Assembly: GCA_963665295.1 (NCBI GenBank) | Contig: OY762209.1 | Location: forward strand, 1,664,001 to 1,728,000 | DNA from: Syntrophorhabdaceae bacterium | GTDB taxonomy: Bacteria; Desulfobacterota; Syntrophorhabdia; Syntrophorhabdales; Syntrophorhabdaceae | Direction: 5' to 3' | Length of the DNA: 64,000 nt | Shown: piece by piece, positions 28,810 through 36,956 of the stretch | How the letters are laid out: each line of letters starts with the position of its first letter | How positions within the stretch are numbered: position 1 is the first letter of the stretch | Notes under the pieces: model-generated | Databases searched by the model: none | The model's input: the letters and a program-made list of their open reading frames with translations, nothing else | Told to the model about the DNA's origin: nothing | Made by a program: the position numbers and the translations under genes

Positions 28810-29292
28810 GTGAAAAGACAAGGTCATATTTTGGCACTCTGCCTCGTTTCATTCGTATTGTGTCTTTCCCCCCGGGTTACCCACGGGTTCAAACAGTCGG
28901 ATGTGGATAAGATTTCAAACACCAAGGAATGCCAGTGGTGCGATCTGCGCGGCGCGAACCTCTCGGGCTCGGACCTTTCGGACGCATCCCTTTCAGGAGC
29001 CAACCTTTCTGAAGCGAGACTCAAGGGCGCGAACCTGACAGGCGCAAATCTTTCAACAGCGTATCTGCGAAATGCCGACCTTTCGGGCGCGAACCTCACC
29101 GGCGCCTTTCTGGATAAAGCCAATTTAAACGGCGCGAACCTCACCGGCGCGAACCTCACCGGCGCGAAATTGTCCAAGGCCACGTGGACGGACGGGGAAA
29201 AGTGCGATGAGGGATCGACGGGAGAATGCAAGCAGAGTCGTGTCATCCGGCCCAAAGACGAGACCCCGCCTCTTTTCCCTGCCGATTTCTAA
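28810..29292 (+). CDS. Secreted pentapeptide-repeat protein
   Basis: Signal peptide, C..CDL cap, run of A(N/D)L(S/T)G repeats, ATWTDG..C...S.G.C tail. GGAGG RBS with GTG start. Confidence 0.88.
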   Translation: MKRQGHILALCLVSFVLCLSPRVTHGFKQSDVDKISNTKECQWCDLRGANLSGSDLSDASLSGANLSEARLKGANLTGANLSTAYLRNADLSGANLTGAFLDKANLNGANLTGANLTGAKLSKATWTDGEKCDEGSTGECKQSRVIRPKDETPPLFPADF

Positions 29293-29557
29293 GACCCTTC
29301 GTACGTTATGGACGGACAGGTCCCGTCGCAGCAGGCGGCCTTGGGGATCATCATTCGGGCCGTCCGGCTTTGTTTTACAAAGAGTGGTTCGACAGTCTTG
29401 TTCGCATGGCACGCCCATTTCGACTCTTTTGTCGCCCCTTCCCGGCAAGACCGATAAATTGACCGTCATATCAATATCCTGGCCGCCATCACCTTTGGTA
29501 CGTTTCTTGCTTTTATTTAGTTGCGAGGATATGAACCCCGCAAGGCAAGGAGGCGGC

Positions 29558-29965
29558 ATGAAAAGGGTAATGATGGTCCTTATGATTGTGATTATGGGCA
29601 TATGTTTGTTAAGTCCATCACTATATGCAAGGGGGGGCGGCGGCCACGGAGGCGGCGGAGGCGGCCACAGTGGAGGACATGGCGGTGGAAGCGGCTACAG
29701 CGGCGGTCATGGCGGAGGTGGCGGTCATGGCGGCCAGGGTTATCACGGAGGCGGTGGAGGTTACGGGAACCACGGTTATTACGGCGGAAACAGAGGTTAT
29801 TACGGAGGACGCTCAGGCTACTACGGCGGAGGTTACTACCGTCCCTATTACGGGGGAAGGTACTACGGCTATGGTTACACAGGTATCTGGGTCCCCGGAT
29901 ACTGGTCGGAAATCTGCGACGCCTGGGGATGCAGGGTGGTCTGGGTTCCCGGTTATTACCGGTAA
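29558..29965 (+). CDS. Secreted glycine-rich low-complexity protein
   Basis: AAGGAGG RBS, signal peptide, G/H-rich then G/Y-rich tracts, C-terminal WVPGYW...WVPGYY. Confidence 0.75.
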   Translation: MKRVMMVLMIVIMGICLLSPSLYARGGGGHGGGGGGHSGGHGGGSGYSGGHGGGGGHGGQGYHGGGGGYGNHGYYGGNRGYYGGRSGYYGGGYYRPYYGGRYYGYGYTGIWVPGYWSEICDAWGCRVVWVPGYYR

Positions 29966-30013
29966 CCGGTAGGGAAGAAACGGCCCACACCCGGTTCAAA
30001 GCCGGGCATCCTC

Positions 30014-30044
30014 CCGGGGAATACTGCCGGGGAATACTGCCGGG
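30014..30044. repeat. 13-bp tandem duplication
   Basis: CCGGGGAATACTG x2 followed by CCGGG. Confidence 0.8.
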
Positions 30045-30118
30045 TGCGACGGAAATTACATCTGAATTCCATTGTTGATTATCCCATGATTACCACCCTT
30101 TGACATCGGTACTGCCCC

Positions 30119-30159
30119 GTAATAGTCAATATATTGAATATCCTCATATTGACTATTAC
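30119..30159. promoter_or_regulatory. Perfect 14-bp inverted repeat upstream of the AAA+ operon
   Basis: GTAATAGTCAATAT-N13-ATATTGACTATTAC, containing the palindrome TCAATATATTGA (30126-30137). TTGACA at 30100-30105 nearby. The repeat is certain; the regulatory role is inferred. Confidence 0.6.
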
Positions 30160-30237
30160 CGCGTACCGTGGGATATTACATACAGGGGGTAGAAGAATAT
30201 AATTGTTGCCCTTTGAACATAGGAGAGGATTAAGATC

Positions 30238-32163
30238 ATGTCAAAAACAACGGAGTTCTTGACGGAAGAAGTAGCGCTATATCTTGTGAACCGGTTGAAA
30301 CCGGAGAAAGATATCCGGCCCGGAGACGGCCGGTTGAAGCCGAAGGGCCGGTCCAAGGGGAGCAGCGCGGCCCCGGCGGGAGATGAAAAAAAGAAAAGCG
30401 CACAGGGAAATTCCTGGTCCGGCGCTGCCGGGAGGGCGGCGCAGTCGCCTGCCGAGGCCCAGGAGACGGGATTGCGGGTTGCCGAACTCGGGGATCTGGT
30501 AATGGAAAAGGAGGATATCCTCAAACAGATCGCGTCGGATCGGGCTATTCTCGAAGGAACGGAAGGTTCGGTGACTCAGGACGAGGTTATCCGGCATCTC
30601 GACGACGTAGGTTCCACGGACGGTTCGGAACTGAGGGCGCTGGCGCGTAACATAAAGCCCGTGCAGGGCCTTGAAAGTTCCCTGGAAGAGGCGGCCCGCC
30701 GGCTGAAACAGGTGAGGGCGAGGATCAGCGAGCTGGCCGGCAACGAGGAGACGGCAAGGACGTATCAGGCGAGGCTTGAAAAGAAGATCGCCACAATCCG
30801 GTCGGCCAGGACAGTAGGGCACCTCGAAAGGGTGATGGAACAGAGTGAACTTGCCCGGATGGAGATGCTTGCCCGGCGGAACGGTGAAAATATGGCGCTC
30901 ACCGCGGCCGACACCGAGACCATCAGGAAGTTCGACCTTATCCTGGAGAAGGCCCGGGAGAAGATCACCCATCTAATGAGCAATGACGAGATCTACTACG
31001 AGGCAAAACGACGGGTCCTCCTTGAATACAGGCGACAGCTTTTGAACGACGGGTTCGTCGAGACGCCGGGAGTGAAGAACGAGGTGATGAAGATTATAAG
31101 CCACCTCCAACTGGGTATTCCCGTGCTGCTGCGCGGTCACCTGGGCGCGGGCAAAACGGAGGTCGCCCTCCACGTCTCCCGCAAATATTTCGGCCACGAA
31201 CCGGAGTTTATCTCCGGGTCCGAAGAGGCGACGAAATACGACATCTACGGAAGAACCCAGATAGGGGTCCGGCCGGAAGACGACAAGATGCGGGAGTTCA
31301 AGAGCAGGATGGATGAATACCTGCGGATGAACCCCGAAGCGGGGAAGAAGGAAATAAAAGAAATCGAGAGGCAGTACTACCAGACGATCGTGGTAAGGGG
31401 CCTCACCACAAGCTTCTTCCAGTACGGACCGCTGGTGAGGGCGATGAAGGAGGGGAGGCCCTTGCTGATCGACGAGATGGACGGTATACCCCATTCCATC
31501 ATCATGCGTCTCAACCATGTCCTCACCAGGCGTCCGGGAGACAGGATCAAGGTGCAGGAAAACGGGGGAGAGGAAATAACCGTAAAGAAGGGGTTCTGCG
31601 TCCTGGCCACGGGGAATATCAAATCATTCCGCTATAAGCGCGAAGAACTGGACGCGGCGTTCCTGTCCCGGTGGTGGTCGAACGACATCACCTATCCGCC
31701 CCAGAACGAGACCTATGAGATTCTCGTTGCTTCCCTCCTGGACAAAAGGGGCAACCTTCAGGTCGGCAACGTTACCGATCTCGACGAACTGAAGAGGCTG
31801 ACCCATGCGTCGTCCGAGATTCAAAAGATTTTTTCGGGAGAACACCTCGACTATTTCGGCGAGGGAGCGGATGCGGTACGCCAGGTCCCTGCGAGCCTCA
31901 AGAAGTCGGTCCTTTCCCTGAGGCACCTGTGGAATGTGATAAGGCCATGGAAGGCGCACAACTTCGACCGGCCCCTTGAAACCTATATCTTGAACGAATT
32001 TATCAAACCGTCGGTAGCGGAGGACCAGATTTATCTGGTCCAACTCTTCTGCCGATTCCGGTTCTATAAGACATGGAAGGCGGACGCCTTTGGCATCCCG
32101 GGATTGACTGAAGCGAAACTGCTGGCCTTCCAGGGGAAAAGCGCGAGCCTGCCCGCGGAGTGA
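30238..32163 (+). CDS. MoxR/CbbQ/midasin-type AAA+ ATPase with a long N-terminal coiled-coil region
   Basis: Walker A GHLGAGKT, GPLVRAMKEG, Walker B LLIDEMD, sensor-1 LATGN, Arg finger AFLSRW, sensor-2-like SLRHL. AGGAG RBS. Confidence 0.88.
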   Translation: MSKTTEFLTEEVALYLVNRLKPEKDIRPGDGRLKPKGRSKGSSAAPAGDEKKKSAQGNSWSGAAGRAAQSPAEAQETGLRVAELGDLVMEKEDILKQIASDRAILEGTEGSVTQDEVIRHLDDVGSTDGSELRALARNIKPVQGLESSLEEAARRLKQVRARISELAGNEETARTYQARLEKKIATIRSARTVGHLERVMEQSELARMEMLARRNGENMALTAADTETIRKFDLILEKAREKITHLMSNDEIYYEAKRRVLLEYRRQLLNDGFVETPGVKNEVMKIISHLQLGIPVLLRGHLGAGKTEVALHVSRKYFGHEPEFISGSEEATKYDIYGRTQIGVRPEDDKMREFKSRMDEYLRMNPEAGKKEIKEIERQYYQTIVVRGLTTSFFQYGPLVRAMKEGRPLLIDEMDGIPHSIIMRLNHVLTRRPGDRIKVQENGGEEITVKKGFCVLATGNIKSFRYKREELDAAFLSRWWSNDITYPPQNETYEILVASLLDKRGNLQVGNVTDLDELKRLTHASSEIQKIFSGEHLDYFGEGADAVRQVPASLKKSVLSLRHLWNVIRPWKAHNFDRPLETYILNEFIKPSVAEDQIYLVQLFCRFRFYKTWKADAFGIPGLTEAKLLAFQGKSASLPAE

Positions 32164-32167
32164 CGCC

Positions 32168-33712
32168 ATGTCGGAACCGCTCAGGCGCAAACCCGCAGGG
32201 ATAGAATCGAAGCAGGTGGTCGAGAACGTATACGGCCGACCGAACAGCGCCAGGGGGCGCAACACCATCGAAGCCTTCCTGAAGAAGAGGGTCGGGAAGC
32301 CCGCTCCTGTAGTCAAACCCCGTTTTGTCGAGGACGAGAACACCTACCGCATTGACCTCAGTCCCTATCAGGCGGTTAACAAACCGAGGGATATCAATGG
32401 TCTCGTCGCCTTCCGGGCCGTAAAGGGCACTACCGAGTGCGTGGTGAACCAAAAGGGTGAAATAATAGGACGGGAGTATGATTTCGTGAGCGACCCCGTC
32501 TCTGTAAACGGCAGGATATTCTTCCAGGCCGGCCTGGGAAAAAAACAGTTCGTCATTAACGAAAAAGGGAAGAGGATCGGGGGGAGCTACGACATGACGG
32601 GCATTCCCCGCGAAGTGAAGGGTCGCCTTGTTTTCAGGGCCGGGCAGGGGAGCAGGGAGTTCATGGTCAACGAAAAGGGAGAAAAGGTGGGGGGTGAGTA
32701 TGATTTTGTGGGAGACCCCCAGGACATGGGCGGACAACTCTTCTTCCGGGCGGGGCGGACCGGCAGGCAATTTGTCGTCAACGAAAAGGGAGAGAAGACG
32801 GCGGGAGAGTATGACTTTGTGGGAGACCCCCGGTATATAGGCGGGCAGATCGTCTTCCAGGCAGGCGAGGGCGGCAGGCAGTTCATCGTCAACGAAAAGG
32901 GAGAGAGGATAGGCGGGGACTATGAATTCGTGAGCACCCCCAGGGGTGTCCGGGGCCGGGTCGTATACTGGGCGAGAGAAGGGGTGAAATATTTCATCGT
33001 CAACGAAAAGGGAGAGAAGGTGGGGGGCGAGTATGATTTTGTGGGAGACCCCCAGGATATAGAGGGGCAGATCGTCTTCCGGGCCAAGGAAAGGATGAAA
33101 TGGTTCGTCATGACGGAAAAGGGGGAGAGGATCGGAGAAACGTACGACACTTTGCGCGACCCCGTGAGCATCGGAGGCCGCATTGCCTTCTGGGCGTTCC
33201 AGGGGAGCGAGTACGTAGCGATAAACGATCGGGACGATTCCCTCGCAGGGGAGTACATCGCGGCAGGTCAACGCCGTGACACGGAAAAAAGGATCGATTT
33301 CTGGACATTTCAAGTCGGTCAGTATTCCGTGGTCAACGAGAAGGGGGAAGCGGTGGGAGGAAAGTATGATTCCGTGGGAGACCCCCAGGATATTGACGGC
33401 CGGGTCGCGTTCAAAGCCGTTCGCGGCGATAGGGAGTTCGTAGTCAACGAAAAGGGAGAAAAGGTTGGGGGCGAATACGAGTATGTGAGCGTGCCCCAGA
33501 ATATCCACGGCCGCATCGCCTTCTGGGCAAGGGAGGGAACAGGGTTCTTTATCGTCGGCGAGGGAGGCCTCCGCGACGGTCGTCTCTTCGATGAGGTCTA
33601 CTTTCTCAAGCCCCTGCGGGGCGGCGCGGCGTACGTGATCGCGCGCAAAGACAACTGCTATGTGAAAGAGATTGTCGAGGCCTCTTTCTTTCTTAAGCAA
33701 GGAGAAATATGA
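32168..33712 (+). CDS. 37-aa tandem-repeat protein (predicted beta-propeller or beta-repeat)
   Basis: Ten complete repeats plus degenerate flanking units, consensus VNEKGEKVGGEYDFVGDPQDIGGRIVF.A..G...FV. No signal peptide. Confidence 0.85.
   Translation: MSEPLRRKPAGIESKQVVENVYGRPNSARGRNTIEAFLKKRVGKPAPVVKPRFVEDENTYRIDLSPYQAVNKPRDINGLVAFRAVKGTTECVVNQKGEIIGREYDFVSDPVSVNGRIFFQAGLGKKQFVINEKGKRIGGSYDMTGIPREVKGRLVFRAGQGSREFMVNEKGEKVGGEYDFVGDPQDMGGQLFFRAGRTGRQFVVNEKGEKTAGEYDFVGDPRYIGGQIVFQAGEGGRQFIVNEKGERIGGDYEFVSTPRGVRGRVVYWAREGVKYFIVNEKGEKVGGEYDFVGDPQDIEGQIVFRAKERMKWFVMTEKGERIGETYDTLRDPVSIGGRIAFWAFQGSEYVAINDRDDSLAGEYIAAGQRRDTEKRIDFWTFQVGQYSVVNEKGEAVGGKYDSVGDPQDIDGRVAFKAVRGDREFVVNEKGEKVGGEYEYVSVPQNIHGRIAFWAREGTGFFIVGEGGLRDGRLFDEVYFLKPLRGGAAYVIARKDNCYVKEIVEASFFLKQGEI
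32444..33553 (+). repeat. Intragenic 111-bp tandem repeats
   Basis: GTCAACGAAAAGGGAGA recurs at 32666, 32777, 32888 and 32999 (period 111). The units at 32666 and 32999 match at 57 of 59 nt. Confidence 0.9.
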
Positions 33713-35625
33713 ACCCCCGCAATCATGAAGGGAACCTGAAGACTGAGACCACACCGGCCGATGACAGGGGCGCGAAGAGGGCCGCCCGGTTTTTTGCCGA
33801 GCATCTGCGGGCTATCGCCGATTACGCGGGTCAGGCCGGGTTGACCTTCGAGCCGGGTGACAGCTGGACTTTTGACATGGAGAGACGTCGTGGGACCTTT
33901 GACCCATTGTTCTTCACCAAAAGGGGCTTCGGGGAAGCCGAAAGCATGTGGGCCGCCTGTCACGAGATAGAGCATTTCCTCGATTGGCTGAGGGACCCCG
34001 AAGGATATGCCGATCTCTATGGGAGAACGGAGAAGGAAAGACGGCTCGACCTCCTCTACCATTACATGAACGATATACTGGTCAACCGGGAAGAGGACAG
34101 GAGATTTCCCGCCCACATCGAGACAAGGGAATATCTTTACGAGGACAAACTCTTTCCCCGGATCGACTATTCCGGCGCACCCCGCCATCTCCAGTTCATC
34201 ACCGCCATTCTCAGGGAATCGATGCTTCCCCGTGAACCGGTCATGGTTTCGCCCGAAGTGAGGAACGCCATAAGGACGCTCAGGGATATAGACGGAGAGG
34301 GAACGAACCTCATCGACCTCGTGACCGATCCTACCGCGAGACCACGGGAGCGCTTCGGCCTGATCCGGGATTATATCGAACCCGTGTATGAAAAGTTCTT
34401 TCAGGAAGATGTGAAAGAGAGAAGGAACCGTCAAAAGGAAAGACCGGACAGGGAGAGCGAATCCACGAAGGAAGAGACCCCCGAAGGCGGATCGAGAGGA
34501 ACGGATAAAGGGTACATCCAGAACGACGCATCGAAGAACAGGAACAGGAAGACCAAAAGGGGCAAGGACAAACCCCATGACGACGAAGACTACTTCTCCC
34601 TTGAATATGATGAATCGAAGGAGAAGCTCCCCCAGGTTTTCTCCCCTCGCGAGGCCAGGGAGCAGATCGAGAAGGAGATGAAGCGCCGCAGGGAAGAAGA
34701 CCGGTCCGCCGAAGAGGTCGCGAAGGAACAGTTCAGGTCCGAGTACGGTGTTTCCGCCGAGGAAGTGGAAGACTACAGCGAAGAATACAAGAAGATAGGA
34801 CCCCATATCGAACCCCTGAGACACGTGTTCGAGCGCATCATCTCCACCAGGAAGGGAGTGAAACGCCGACTCAAGGAAAGGACCGATGAAGGGGTAATCA
34901 TCGATCCCTCGCTGATCGCCCAGGCTTATATCGACGCTCAAAGCGGCATCCTCAATTCGCGCACCCAGTTGAAGATCATGAGACAGGAATTTGATGAGAA
35001 CAAACCCAAGGATTTCGAATTTACCCTGGTCTGCGACCTCTCGGGTTCCATGAATGAGAACTGGCCGGGAGGCAAAAGCCATGAGCAGAAGTCTTCCGTA
35101 GTCCTCATCATCGAGGCCCTTGACGAATTTGAAAAGAAGCTCAAGGAGGAGAGGCTCGAACAGCTTGTCGACCTCCATGTGCTCACCGAGGTGCGAGGGT
35201 TCCATTCCGAGGACGAAGAGCTTAAACCCCTGAGCGACTCCATCGATTTCTCTACAAGGGTGGGCATTTCCCGGAGGCTGGATAGCTGCATCGGCGGCCG
35301 GACGGCGGACTACAAATCCCTGGTAAAAGTGGCGGCCACCATAGGCCATGAGACGAAGACACGGATCAAGGAGCGGGACCTGAAAAAGGTGCTCATCCTG
35401 ATTACCGATGGCGGGAGCGACGACGTTTCACTCACGCGGGAGGCCAAAAACAGGCTCGCGGCAACGGGGGTCATCGCCAAGGCAATCCAGATCGGTCAAC
35501 CGAGCAACCAGGATATAAAGAAATTCAGGCACGTGTGGCAACGGGACGGTTCTCCGTGCCGGGATGTCACTCAACTGGTAAGGACCATCGAAAAACTGCT
35601 GGAAGATTTCCTGAAGGACCTTTAG
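33709..35625 (+). CDS. vWA (MIDAS) domain protein with an N-terminal HExxH domain (CobT/NorD/CbbO-like architecture)
   Basis: CHEIEH...NDILVN in the N-terminal part, a charged linker, then MIDAS DLSGS...GRTAD...LILITDG. ATGA overlap with the upstream gene. AAGGAG RBS. Confidence 0.85.
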   Translation: MNPRNHEGNLKTETTPADDRGAKRAARFFAEHLRAIADYAGQAGLTFEPGDSWTFDMERRRGTFDPLFFTKRGFGEAESMWAACHEIEHFLDWLRDPEGYADLYGRTEKERRLDLLYHYMNDILVNREEDRRFPAHIETREYLYEDKLFPRIDYSGAPRHLQFITAILRESMLPREPVMVSPEVRNAIRTLRDIDGEGTNLIDLVTDPTARPRERFGLIRDYIEPVYEKFFQEDVKERRNRQKERPDRESESTKEETPEGGSRGTDKGYIQNDASKNRNRKTKRGKDKPHDDEDYFSLEYDESKEKLPQVFSPREAREQIEKEMKRRREEDRSAEEVAKEQFRSEYGVSAEEVEDYSEEYKKIGPHIEPLRHVFERIISTRKGVKRRLKERTDEGVIIDPSLIAQAYIDAQSGILNSRTQLKIMRQEFDENKPKDFEFTLVCDLSGSMNENWPGGKSHEQKSSVVLIIEALDEFEKKLKEERLEQLVDLHVLTEVRGFHSEDEELKPLSDSIDFSTRVGISRRLDSCIGGRTADYKSLVKVAATIGHETKTRIKERDLKKVLILITDGGSDDVSLTREAKNRLAATGVIAKAIQIGQPSNQDIKKFRHVWQRDGSPCRDVTQLVRTIEKLLEDFLKDL

Positions 35626-35710
35626 AGGGCGTCCCTTCTCCAACAACATCTTTTCATGAGATGCCGAGGGGATTCGCAATGCAGGCTGCGACCCCGTATT
35701 CGCTCCCGGC

Positions 35711-35737
35711 TAAAGTACTTGCGCCGGATGGCGATAA
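35711..35737 (+). promoter_or_regulatory. Sigma28 (FliA)-type promoter for the HD-GYP gene
   Basis: TAAAGTAC-N11-GGCGATAA. Confidence 0.6.
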
Positions 35738-35888
35738 TGCCTTAGGGTGGACAGGTCCGGATTCCGCCGGACGGGAAGGTCCTGCCGCCTTGAGGAATAC
35801 GGATGATAACCGTGGACCGGTGGAAAAAGAAGGCAGGGTTGCGGGAATACCCGTCCGACCCGGCATTCAATATAAAGGAGTACCCTTG

Positions 35889-36956
35889 ATGGACGATGAC
35901 AAGTATATGACCATCCCTCCCGGGGCAATCATACCGGGGAGCCTGCCGAAGTTTAAAATTTACGTTCGTTCCCCGAAAGGGCAACATATTCTCTGGGCCA
36001 GGGACGGTAATGAGGTCACGCCGGAGCAATTCCGGAAGCTCTCCGAGAGCGGGCCAAAAGAGGTTTACATAGCCCTCGAGGAAGAGGTGAAATACGAGCA
36101 GTACCTGGAGAACCACCTGGGAACCATCCTGGAGAACAAGTTCCCGTCGGACGAGCAGAAGGCGGCTATCTTCAGCAAGGTTTCAACCAATGTAGTGAAG
36201 GGCGCCTTCGAAAAATCCTTCGGGCTCGGGTCTATGAGTGCGGACGCGCTGCATCGCACGGAATCGATGGTCAAGAACGCACTCCTGTTCATCACGGAGT
36301 CCAACTCCCTGCAAGCCCTTGCAAAGATGATCGGCCATGACTACCAGACGTACGAGCATGCCACAAAGGTCCTCTGGTTTACCGTGGCGTTTCTCAGGGA
36401 AACCCCGTACCTCCTTGAACGGATCGATCAGGATTATCAGACCTTCGATGAAGAGCGGAGGATGGAAATGTTGAGGCAGTGCGGCGTCGGCGCCCTGCTC
36501 CACGACATCGGAAAGGCCTTTGTTTCACAGCAGATACTCAACAAGAACGAGCCCCTCACCGACGTGGAATGGGAGGTCATGAAGCGCCATCCCCTAAACG
36601 GCCTCGCCATGCTCCTCGATACGGATATTCCCAATTTTGTCAAAAAGGCCGTATTGCACCATCATGAGGATTTTTGCGGCAGCGGCTATCCCCTGGGCCT
36701 CGAAGGGGAGAATATCGGTGTTCTCGCGAGGGTGCTCAGGATTGTGGATGTCTTTGACGCCATGACTTCCCGGCGCCCTTACAAAGACCCCATACCTCCC
36801 GGAAAGGCGATACAGATCATGGTCGGGGTCCCGCCGGACAGGAAAGGGGACGATCCCTCTTCGCCTGACGATCGCGACCGGGGCATGAGGCGGTGTTTCG
36901 ACGAGGAGCTTCTCCGAAAATTCATAGTATTTCTCGGAAGCGTGAGATTGACCTAA
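35889..36956 (+). CDS. HD-GYP domain protein
   Basis: HDYQTYEHA, LLHDIGK, HP..G, HHHE...GSGYP, IVDVFDAMTSRRPY. AAGGAG RBS before ATG 35889. Confidence 0.88.
   Translation: MDDDKYMTIPPGAIIPGSLPKFKIYVRSPKGQHILWARDGNEVTPEQFRKLSESGPKEVYIALEEEVKYEQYLENHLGTILENKFPSDEQKAAIFSKVSTNVVKGAFEKSFGLGSMSADALHRTESMVKNALLFITESNSLQALAKMIGHDYQTYEHATKVLWFTVAFLRETPYLLERIDQDYQTFDEERRMEMLRQCGVGALLHDIGKAFVSQQILNKNEPLTDVEWEVMKRHPLNGLAMLLDTDIPNFVKKAVLHHHEDFCGSGYPLGLEGENIGVLARVLRIVDVFDAMTSRRPYKDPIPPGKAIQIMVGVPPDRKGDDPSSPDDRDRGMRRCFDEELLRKFIVFLGSVRLT

Noticed and set aside
32444..33553. 111-bp periodic repeats read as a CRISPR array or DGR template/variable repeats
   Set aside because: The units are in-frame coding repeats, degenerate at codon positions, with no unique spacers. 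No cas or reverse transcriptase gene is in the window.
32003..35349. 583-aa and 563-aa minus-strand ORFs
   Set aside because: Antisense shadows of the repeat and vWA genes. Their periodicity only mirrors the sense strand.
30238..35625. Calling the AAA+/vWA genes cobS/cobT because B12 genes are in the window
   Set aside because: The ATPase is about twice CobS size, a repeat gene intervenes, no cobN is nearby, and the B12 locus is 20 kb away.
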